DNA from: Candidatus Micrarchaeota archaeon
GTDB lineage: Archaea > Micrarchaeota > Micrarchaeia > Micrarchaeales > Micrarchaeaceae
Assembly (NCBI GenBank): GCA_021791775.1
Contig: JAJYVY010000001.1
Span: forward strand, 1 to 63,879
Direction: 5' to 3'
DNA: 63,879 nucleotides
Below the pieces are notes generated by a model that was not told the origin of the DNA, made no database searches, and saw nothing but the letters and a program-made list of their open reading frames with translations. Position 1 is the first letter of the stretch. Every line of letters starts with the position of its first letter. This document shows, piece after piece, positions 54,768-62,202 of the stretch. Made by a program: the position numbers and the translations under genes.

Positions 54768-55397
54768 CTATGATACCAGCCCTTCTGTAAGAAGGTGGTG
54801 GCGTTCCAATATGGGCGTGAGGAATTTGCTTGTTGGAGGCAAGAAGATCAGGAGCATTATGGCATCCCCAGCAACCCATGCAATGGATGCCGGAAGATAT
54901 TCATATGCATGCAATGAGCCTGTAAGCACCAGCATCCCAACTCCTATTATCCCGCCGAGTATGTTTGTTATTACAACCAGCCATAGGAAAAATAGTCCTA
55001 GCGCCCTGGTATTTCCGAGTATATCGCTGCCAAAAGGGCTTACACTATGCTTGGCTGAATAGTTTCTGTATATTACAAATGCCAGCAGAACCGGTATCAG
55101 GTCCCCCAGAGCAAACAGCAGGGATGTTCCGAGCGGCAGATGGGTAAGGATACCGGCCCCGATCACTGTGCCAACGTAGGTACTTATCATGCCCCACAGC
55201 CCCCACCACAATGTGAATAATATTATGAATGCTTCTGCCCAGTAGAACAGGCCGACGCCTGCGTAAGAAAAAGGAGTAAAAACTACGCCCAACCAGGACA
55301 ATCCAATTATTATGAGTATCTGGATGGCATAAATCCCGTATTGCAATGGTGTGTTCTTCTTGCCAGAGCGCCATTGTAAGGTATATCTGACTGCCAT
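54768..55397 (-). CDS. Hypothetical integral membrane protein (about 6 TM)
   Basis: 209 aa and strongly hydrophobic. No motif recognised. Confidence 0.5.
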   Translation of the reverse strand: MAVRYTLQWRSGKKNTPLQYGIYAIQILIIIGLSWLGVVFTPFSYAGVGLFYWAEAFIILFTLWWGLWGMISTYVGTVIGAGILTHLPLGTSLLFALGDLIPVLLAFVIYRNYSAKHSVSPFGSDILGNTRALGLFFLWLVVITNILGGIIGVGMLVLTGSLHAYEYLPASIAWVAGDAIMLLIFLPPTSKFLTPILERHHLLTEGLVS

Positions 55398-55600
55398 TTA
55401 CTAACCCCCGTTTCAATTGATTTTATAGTTTATTATAGCTATTGTGATACTGTGGGCGAGATTAATATTTATGCGGTAGTCCGTCAAAGTTGTTGTGGTA
55501 GCCATAGCGCATATGCGGTGGTAAAGGCTTTTGTTCAGGGGCAACGATGTGGTTATGGGCAATATTTTATAATTCTTTAGAGCGGACTTATACAGATTGC

Positions 55601-56101
55601 ATGCTGAATGCATTTTACAGCATAATAATCTATCCCATACTTTATATATTGCCTGCTGAGGTTGCAAATTCTGCGCCCCTGATATTTGGCGGCGGTCCAC
55701 CGCTGGACTTAGGCAGAAAGCTGCACGGCAGGCGGATATTTGGCGACCACAAAACTATCAGAGGGACCATAGCTGGCATTGTTGCGGGTATAGTGATGGG
55801 CCTAATCGAGTATCCGTTCATCCCGTACATGCTCGCCATATCCGTTTTTATGGCAGTAGGCGCGATGTTCGGGGATGTACTGGGTAGTTTTGTGAAGAGG
55901 CGCATAGGCCTGAGGCCTGGCAAGGACATGCCGTGGCTTGATCAGTATGGTTTCTTCGTATTTGCGATACTTTTTGCGGCTTGGCTGGGCCACCTTCCAG
56001 ACATATACGGCCTTATCTTCATAGCGATAGGAAACGGGCTTTTCCATGTGACGGCAAACCGGGTCGCTTATATACTGCGCCTTAAGATGGTGCCTTGGTA
56101 A
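55601..56101 (+). CDS. carS: CDP-archaeol synthase (CarS, DUF46)
   Basis: GDHKTIRGTIAGIV ... GAMFGDVLGSFVKRRIGLRPGKDMPWLDQ ... LRLKMVPW matches A. fulgidus CarS as I recall it. I preferred ATG 55601 (a TTTTATAA box about 30 nt upstream, and the N-terminus aligns with known CarS). The track ORF starts at 55547. Confidence 0.85.
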   Translation: MLNAFYSIIIYPILYILPAEVANSAPLIFGGGPPLDLGRKLHGRRIFGDHKTIRGTIAGIVAGIVMGLIEYPFIPYMLAISVFMAVGAMFGDVLGSFVKRRIGLRPGKDMPWLDQYGFFVFAILFAAWLGHLPDIYGLIFIAIGNGLFHVTANRVAYILRLKMVPW

Positions 56102-56141
56102 ACCGTACTGAAGAATACTGAATGCGGTTGGGCTCCAAGAA

Positions 56142-56825
56142 TTATACATTTTTCAATATTGTCTTGAAGATTATCCATCCTTCTTGAAGGTTATACCTGG
56201 TATTCTTCTCGTAGTTCCTCTTCTTTTCGAAGCTTGGGACCTCAAGCACGTTGAGCTTCGCTTTGTGCGCTTTGATGAGTATCTCTGTTTCTATGCCCCT
56301 GCCCTTTTCTGTAAGATGTAGCTTATGCAGCGCCTTCCTGGAGAAGCTCCGGTAGCCATAGCTTAAGTCGGTGTATCTGGATGCATATATCAGGTTCATA
56401 AGCTGCACAAAGAACGTATTCCCGATGAGCCTGGCCTGCGGCATGTTTGTTGAGCCTCCGCCTGAGAGGAAGCGCGATCCCACACAGACATCGTATCCTA
56501 TCTCTATTCCAGATATGAGTAGTTTCAGCTCCTTTGGCCTATTTGATAGGTCTGCATCCATTGATATTATTATCTTTCCTCGAGCTGCATTGAAGCCTTT
56601 TATCAATGCTGAACCTTTGCCTACGAAATCTGTCAATACTCTTGCACCGCAACGCTTGGCTATTCTTGCTGTGCCGTTTTTGGATGGACCGAGGCTACTG
56701 CCATCTACGACTATTATCTCGTAGTTATAGCCCTCGAGAACGTCCTTTATCTCTTGAAGCAGTCTCCCGATGTTGCTGCTTTCGCCCATATTAGGTATAA
56801 CAACTGATATGTAAGGGTTGACCAT
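56142..56825 (-). CDS. Family 2 glycosyltransferase (dolichyl-phosphate sugar synthase-like)
   Basis: ISVVIPNMGESSNI ... IIVVDGSS ... ISMDADLS, typical GT2 DxD layout. Confidence 0.85.
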   Translation of the reverse strand: MVNPYISVVIPNMGESSNIGRLLQEIKDVLEGYNYEIIVVDGSSLGPSKNGTARIAKRCGARVLTDFVGKGSALIKGFNAARGKIIISMDADLSNRPKELKLLISGIEIGYDVCVGSRFLSGGGSTNMPQARLIGNTFFVQLMNLIYASRYTDLSYGYRSFSRKALHKLHLTEKGRGIETEILIKAHKAKLNVLEVPSFEKKRNYEKNTRYNLQEGWIIFKTILKNV

Positions 56826-56912
56826 GCACTCCCACGGCTTGTAGCGCCTTAAAGGACAGAATCATAACGCAGTCCGTTTTCCATTAATTTTTATTTATTT
56901 GAGATACTATAC

Positions 56913-57602
56913 TTGTGTTGTAAAAGTTATAAATACATCTATCGATTTAGTAAAAAGGTTGATTTTATAAGAAAAGCGGATAGTATAACGTTTCTTAGGG
57001 TCCTACTGACTCTCTTTGCGGTTTACCTTATATTTGTGAAATTTGATGTGTGGGCGGTAGCTCTTCTCCTCTTCATTGTATTTTGGCTCGATTGGCTGGA
57101 TGGCGTCGCTGCTGCCATAGCCGCCAGCGGTGGCGGCATATCTTTCATTGGATACATACGAGGGACAATGGGAGACAAACCCATGCGTAACAAGATAGCT
57201 GCAGCAAAGAAAAAGGCGGCTGCGCAATCGGGCTACGGGCCAAGGTTGGACATCGCAGGAGACCGCGCAGTAGAATATATCCTATGGTTTGCATACCTTA
57301 TACTTGGACTTGTTCCGCTCATCGTTGTGCTGGTGCTGGTAGCTGTACATTCATATGCCGATGCCATGATGGGAAGCCGTGGCACCTCGTCTAAGATGAG
57401 AAAGAAAATAACAAGGATTGTGTACTCTTCCCACTTCGGCAGATATTTAGGCGGTGTACTGAAGGCAGCAACATTCATCTATCTTGCATTTGTATACATA
57501 ACGGCATACCCCGTTGTGATAGGCGATGTGCTGATAGCGGTAACTTTTGCCTTCATACTGCTGCGCGGGGCAGTGCAAATATATGAGAATATGGGGCGTT
57601 GA
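56913..57602 (+). CDS. CDP-alcohol phosphatidyltransferase-like membrane protein with an interrupted signature motif
   Basis: DWLDGVAAAIAA ... (insert) ... GPRLDIAGDR gives D-x2-DG ... G-x3-D-x3-D, but with 44 rather than 12 residues between DG and G, and no AR. It has a TTG start with an AT-rich box upstream. Confidence 0.6.
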   Translation: MCCKSYKYIYRFSKKVDFIRKADSITFLRVLLTLFAVYLIFVKFDVWAVALLLFIVFWLDWLDGVAAAIAASGGGISFIGYIRGTMGDKPMRNKIAAAKKKAAAQSGYGPRLDIAGDRAVEYILWFAYLILGLVPLIVVLVLVAVHSYADAMMGSRGTSSKMRKKITRIVYSSHFGRYLGGVLKAATFIYLAFVYITAYPVVIGDVLIAVTFAFILLRGAVQIYENMGR

Positions 57603-57676
57603 GGGCATGAGGCTTCGTCTCATGATGAGTTGCCTCTACAACCTTCCAGACCTTCCTTGACGTAGTGGTTTTGAGA

Positions 57677-57781
57677 TGCAGGGGGAGAGATTTGGACTCT
57701 CGAAGGCACTAGGCCACAGGATCTTAAGTCCTGCCCATTTTTCTGTGGCTTCTTAGCCAGACCAGACTCTGGAACCCCTGC
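57677..57781 (-). tRNA. tRNA-Leu (anticodon UAA) with a ~19-nt insertion in the D-loop (putative non-canonical intron)
   Basis: Minus-strand sequence: GCAGGGG TT CCA GAGTCTGGTC [TGGCTAAGAAGCCACAGAA] AAA TGG G CAGGA CTTAAGA TCCTG TGGCCTAGTGCCTTC GAGAG TCCAAAT CTCTC CCCCTGC A. It is collinear with the tRNA-Leu(GAG) at 4231-4336 except for the D-loop insert. The T-loop reads TCC (C at position 55). Track ORF 57620..57805 is spurious. Confidence 0.75.
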
Positions 57782-57804
57782 ATAGAAGCTAATGAGAATA
57801 AGCA

Positions 57805-57814
57805 ATTTATAAGT
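57805..57814 (-). promoter_or_regulatory. TATA box upstream of tRNA-Leu(UAA)
   Basis: The minus strand reads CTTATAAATT, 24-33 nt upstream of the predicted tRNA 5' end at 57781. Confidence 0.45.
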
Positions 57815-57834
57815 GTTACCGAAAGGCCTTGCTG

Positions 57835-58575
57835 TCAGCCGTACATTGATGGCCCTTCGGGGTTTACTGCCTTCTTGTGAGCATCCTGGGTATCATTGCT
57901 TTTCTTTATGAGGGACCTTATTTTCGTATCCACTTCCTTTACCTCCTTTTCAAGTTCGCTGATATCGATATCCAAACTTAATATCTTGTTTATGCTCTTT
58001 ATGGCGGTTTCGGCATACCTCGGATTTATTATTGCAGGATTAACAGGTATGAGGATGTTTATGTCGGGAACGTTTTCTACTGATGCTTTGAATAGCAGAA
58101 CAGCGCCAACTCCGGTAGACACTCCTTCAGTAATTAAGCTGAGGCCATATTTGGATGCATCTTTTACGCTCTCTTTAGTAGAGCCTATGGCGTAGACGGT
58201 GTCTTCCCCTGCCTCTTCATTCGCGGGGATGCCGCCTATGGATATTATTGACTGCATATTATTTGCTTTAAACATTCCGTAAATTCTTTCGGCTAATTGA
58301 TTCACGATATGCATAGGGATCGCAAATTCCGAGAAAAGTGCAACAATCTGTTTTTCATGCGAATAGTAAAGCCTAACTGGAGGCATTGGAATCCCTGCAT
58401 GTATCGATACGAGGGGTGGAAACTCTTCGCTCTCTATATATCCAATATATTCCATGCCGATTTTGTCGATGATGTAGCTGACTGTCATTGGGCCAACCAA
58501 CCCTACTCCTGGCAACCCCTCTATTAGTATAGCGCCATTGATTTTTGCATCTTTGATGAATTTTATGTTAATCAT
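57835..58575 (-). CDS. PAC2-family (proteasome assembly chaperone-like, COG1938) protein
   Basis: NGAILIEGLPGVGLVGPMTVSYIIDKIGMEYIGYIESEEFPPLV ... The start is at Met45 of the track ORF (MINIKFIKD). Confidence 0.72.
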   Translation of the reverse strand: MINIKFIKDAKINGAILIEGLPGVGLVGPMTVSYIIDKIGMEYIGYIESEEFPPLVSIHAGIPMPPVRLYYSHEKQIVALFSEFAIPMHIVNQLAERIYGMFKANNMQSIISIGGIPANEEAGEDTVYAIGSTKESVKDASKYGLSLITEGVSTGVGAVLLFKASVENVPDINILIPVNPAIINPRYAETAIKSINKILSLDIDISELEKEVKEVDTKIRSLIKKSNDTQDAHKKAVNPEGPSMYG

Positions 58576-58698
58576 TTGCTCATAAACTATTTGAACACAA
58601 AAACTTAATAAGCAATGATAAATTTGCTTGACGGTTTTTGCAGCATTTACCGACGATATATATTTAAGCTTAACGTCGAATATTATAACGGTGAAATC

Positions 58699-58923
58699 AT
58701 GGCACAAAGAATAGGAAGTGAGCGGGTAGGAAGAGAGGACGGTTATCTTTACTACCTAGGAAAGGACGGATACGTCTGGCGCACGCCGATGAGGACGAAC
58801 AGGAGAGGAAGGAAGGCAAAAATCGGCAGCGAGCGCGTGAGGAGAGAGGAAGGCTATCTCTACTTCATCGACAAGGGCGGATACGTAGCAAGAGCCAAGA
58901 TGAACAGACGGGGCAGAAGATAA
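58699..58923 (+). CDS. 74-aa highly basic protein made of two tandem ~35-aa modules
   Basis: MAQR + IGSERVGREDGYLYYLGKDGYVWRTPMRTNRRGRKAK + IGSERVRREEGYLYFIDKGGYVARAKMNRRGRR. The start is at Met29 of track ORF 58615..58923. Confidence 0.55.
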   Translation: MAQRIGSERVGREDGYLYYLGKDGYVWRTPMRTNRRGRKAKIGSERVRREEGYLYFIDKGGYVARAKMNRRGRR

Positions 58924-58954
58924 TCGGCGGCTTTTTGCGTGCTGCATGGCAAGG

Positions 58955-59359
58955 CTAAATGCCGAACCTTGCAGCATCATTTATTTTTATATTGTTTTTC
59001 CTGATGAACCCAGCGTTGAACTCTATTACGTATCTGGACGGCGCTTTTGACCTGTAGCCAGAGAAATCGTGCCAGGAGGACGGTTTTGCCGATTCCACAA
59101 AATCCACGACCCGGCGATTGCTGTCAAGCCAGACTATATCAAGCGGAAATCTCATGTTGCGCATCCATATCGGATGGCTTCTGTCGTTCGGGAAGATGAA
59201 CAGCATGCACTCGTTCTGCTTCATCGATTTCCTAAACATGAGCCCAACGGTCATCTTGCGTGGGCTGTCAGCCAAAAAAGCAGACATATTCACTTCGCCT
59301 ATTTGAATTTCTTTGCTTTCAAAACTCAGCTTCCTAGAAAGCAACCATAAAATACACAA
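58955..59359 (-). CDS. DUF192 family protein
   Basis: MLFIFPNDRSHPIWMRNMRFPLDIVWLDSNRRVV is the typical DUF192 core. Confidence 0.78.
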   Translation of the reverse strand: MCILWLLSRKLSFESKEIQIGEVNMSAFLADSPRKMTVGLMFRKSMKQNECMLFIFPNDRSHPIWMRNMRFPLDIVWLDSNRRVVDFVESAKPSSWHDFSGYRSKAPSRYVIEFNAGFIRKNNIKINDAARFGI

Positions 59360-59368
59360 CTTATCACA

Positions 59369-59839
59369 TCAAATGTTTAATTCCTGCCTAGGCTGTTCTG
59401 GAAAGTTGACTTCATCAAACAATACGAACAAAGAGGGTTTGACTATGTAGAAAGTTGCTATGGAGTTCTCTGTTCCTTCAGATTTCGGAGGGATCCTAGC
59501 TGCTGATGGGTATTTCTTCCTATATAGGTCATTTGCAATCTTGAACTCCTTTTCGTTACACTCTCTTGCTATGCCTTCGAACTGCAGGCCTCTTACTTTG
59601 TCGCCGCTCCCTCCAGTATGCGGTTGCACTATTGCACCTGCAATGTTAGGATTCCTTTCCAGCTCCATGGAATGCCTGCGTAATCGCCTTGAAATGAAAT
59701 ACAGATTCATACTCTCGTCATTGGCATACCAAACCGTTGCAATCCACGGTTTTGACCCTGAAGAAGTAGCAAGCTGCATCAACTTGGCTTCTGCTAGATA
59801 TTTAGTAATTAGCCGTTTTAGATTTTCATCAGTTGGCAT
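59369..59839 (-). CDS. Pyridoxamine 5'-phosphate oxidase-like FMN-binding split-barrel protein
   Basis: MQLATSSGSKPWIATVWYANDESMNLYFISRRLRRHSMELERNPNIAGAIV. Confidence 0.72.
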   Translation of the reverse strand: MPTDENLKRLITKYLAEAKLMQLATSSGSKPWIATVWYANDESMNLYFISRRLRRHSMELERNPNIAGAIVQPHTGGSGDKVRGLQFEGIARECNEKEFKIANDLYRKKYPSAARIPPKSEGTENSIATFYIVKPSLFVLFDEVNFPEQPRQELNI

Positions 59840-59843
59840 TACC

Positions 59844-61472
59844 TCACTTTGTGATTGATACGCTCTGTTCTCTCAGGAACTGCTGGAGGTAGAACCTGCT
59901 TCCAGATCCTTTTCCATTTATGCTGCTGCCTTTCCACCCCACGAATGTGTGCAGCCCGACGATGGCGCCTGTGGTCGCACTCGTATATCGATTTATGTAA
60001 ATTGTGCCAGCCTGTATTTTGCCTATGAACTCTTTCACTTCCTTATTTTTCTTTGAGTATAGCGCAGCCGTCAGCCCATACGGAACGTCGTTTGCGAGTT
60101 TTATCGCTTCATCAAAATCCTTGTATCCTTCAATTGTCAGGATAGGAACAAAGAGTTCGTTGTGCACCAGTTCGTTATCATGATTGACCTCTATTATTGT
60201 TGGTTCTACATAGTATCCATTGAGGCCTGTATTCACGATGTTGCCTCCGTAAAGTACCCTGCCGCTGCTTTTCGCCTTCTCTACTGCATTGGAGTAAACT
60301 TTTTGCGCATTTTCGCTGATAAGCGGCCCCATGTAGATTTCCTTTTCTAGGGGGTTTCCTATCTTGAAACTTCTCGCTTTTTCTATAAGATTGCTTACGA
60401 ACTGCTCTTTTATCGATTCGTGGACGTAGACTCTGGAGCACGCGCTGCATTTTTGGCCGTCAAATCCAAATGCTGCACTGGCAACGCCAGAGACTGCATC
60501 ATCTAAAGTCGCATATCTTGACACAATGGCTGGATTTTTGCCGCCCATCTCAACAATGAAGGTTTTTTGGAGCCCCAAGCCATATGCCTTTGTAATCATG
60601 CCGGTACCTACGGTTCTGGAGCCCGTGAATGCAATTCCAGCTACATCTGGATTCACAACTAGTTCGTCTCCTACCTCGGCTCCGGGCCCCGATACATAAT
60701 TGAAAACCCCGTCTGGGATGCCGGCTTCTTTCAAGTATTCGTATATCTTAAGTCCGGTAAGCAATGTCATGCTATCAGATGACGATGGCTTGAATACAAC
60801 GGTATTGCCTGTTATCATCGCGCCCGTACTCATGCCTGTAGAGATAGACACTGGGAAATTGAACGGCGCTATGATACCGAACACGCCGAATGGCTCCATT
60901 CTTATATCTACTTTTTCGGGTTTGGTTGATGGGGCGCCTTGAAATCCTGCTGCAACTTTTGTTTTGCTCTCTTCTTTGCTCGTCTTCCTTGAATATCCTT
61001 TGTTTGCTTCGAGTTCGTTTGCATAGTATCTCATAAAGTCTATTGCTTCGTCCACTTCTCCTATCGATTCGTAACGAGTTTTGCCGTTTTCATAGCTGAG
61101 TATTGCTGCCAGAGGGAACTTATTTTTGGAGAACACCTCGGCGGCGTTCCTGAATAAGGCTACCCGTTCCTTATAATTTCTGTTTTTCCATGTCTCAAAT
61201 GCGTTGTTTGCCGCCTTTATGGCCTGGCGCGCATGCTCTCTTGTGCCTTTCTGGAAGTGCCCTATAACCATACCATTATCGATTGGTGACCTTTCTGTTA
61301 TCGTGGTGCTGGAAAGAACCTCTTTACCATCGATATACATGGGATATTTTTTCCCGAATTGCGCTTTGACACTTTCTGCAGCTTCATCAAACAGCCGATC
61401 GAATTCTGACTCTCGACCACTTTCAACGAACCTTTTGTAGGTTGATTCGTTTGGGAAGCTTCTCTTTGGCAT
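59844..61472 (-). CDS. Aldehyde dehydrogenase family, probable 1-pyrroline-5-carboxylate (L-glutamate gamma-semialdehyde) dehydrogenase
   Basis: 542 aa: FGVFGIIAPFNFP, VEMGGKNPAIV, GQKCSACSRVYV. The size and N-terminus resemble PruA/RocA type. Confidence 0.85.
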   Translation of the reverse strand: MPKRSFPNESTYKRFVESGRESEFDRLFDEAAESVKAQFGKKYPMYIDGKEVLSSTTITERSPIDNGMVIGHFQKGTREHARQAIKAANNAFETWKNRNYKERVALFRNAAEVFSKNKFPLAAILSYENGKTRYESIGEVDEAIDFMRYYANELEANKGYSRKTSKEESKTKVAAGFQGAPSTKPEKVDIRMEPFGVFGIIAPFNFPVSISTGMSTGAMITGNTVVFKPSSSDSMTLLTGLKIYEYLKEAGIPDGVFNYVSGPGAEVGDELVVNPDVAGIAFTGSRTVGTGMITKAYGLGLQKTFIVEMGGKNPAIVSRYATLDDAVSGVASAAFGFDGQKCSACSRVYVHESIKEQFVSNLIEKARSFKIGNPLEKEIYMGPLISENAQKVYSNAVEKAKSSGRVLYGGNIVNTGLNGYYVEPTIIEVNHDNELVHNELFVPILTIEGYKDFDEAIKLANDVPYGLTAALYSKKNKEVKEFIGKIQAGTIYINRYTSATTGAIVGLHTFVGWKGSSINGKGSGSRFYLQQFLREQSVSITK

Positions 61473-61520
61473 AAAATCAGCAGTATAATAGGTGTGTGAA
61501 TATTATTATTGCTTTTTCTA

Positions 61521-62096
61521 CTATTTAATGAATCGTTTTATATTTCCTTTACTTACGTGCTTTGAAATTTTTGATATGTCTTTGCCATAGAGCTTGTAAA
61601 CCTTCGAGGATGAGATATTTCCTATCGGCCTACCACTTATTTTCAACTTTTTATAGATTGTTTTGACCTGTTCCTGGTCCTTTCCTTCGATTTCCATTAT
61701 CAGCGGAAGGCCGGGCCATTGATCGATAGTTATCGATGCCCCTTCGAACAGATATTCAGTTCTGGTAGTTTCTTCGTAGAGTAACTCTTTAAACAGTCTG
61801 CACATTATCATAGCGGCCTCCTTAAAATCACTCACGTTTATTTCATATTCATCGGTCTGGTTGAGTCCCGCACCGCGCTGCTCTTTGAGTGTGATTGTTG
61901 TGGTTTTCCCGTCTGTCCTCAGCCTTATCCACGACTGCATCCCTGGCCGGTCTATCAAATAGCCGATAATCCTCTTAAAATGGTGCGTGCCTCTCTTTTT
62001 GGCACCGATTTCGTTGAGCCTGAGCACTGCCTCTTTCCTATCTATGCCGATGATTTTTAGCTCTATTTCCTTTCTATTTTGTTTCATGCTTACCAA
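61521..62096 (-). CDS. CYTH-domain protein (class IV adenylate cyclase / triphosphatase family)
   Basis: It has an N-terminal ExExK motif (KEIELKIIG) and beta-rich sequence of the right size. The start is TTG 62096 or ATG 62087. Confidence 0.72.
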   Translation of the reverse strand: MVSMKQNRKEIELKIIGIDRKEAVLRLNEIGAKKRGTHHFKRIIGYLIDRPGMQSWIRLRTDGKTTTITLKEQRGAGLNQTDEYEINVSDFKEAAMIMCRLFKELLYEETTRTEYLFEGASITIDQWPGLPLIMEIEGKDQEQVKTIYKKLKISGRPIGNISSSKVYKLYGKDISKISKHVSKGNIKRFIK

Positions 62097-62202
62097 CGTA
62101 ATGACGTTACAAAAATTGTAAAGACATGACCTATTTATATCAATAGATTTTAAATACCCTTACCGACCCATACTATTATAACAGAGTTATAAATTAGTGG
62201 TA

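Noticed and set aside
57620-57805. 61-aa minus-strand ORF in the track
   Set aside because: It is entirely explained by the tRNA-Leu(UAA) gene at 57677-57781 and its flanks. The composition is not protein-like.
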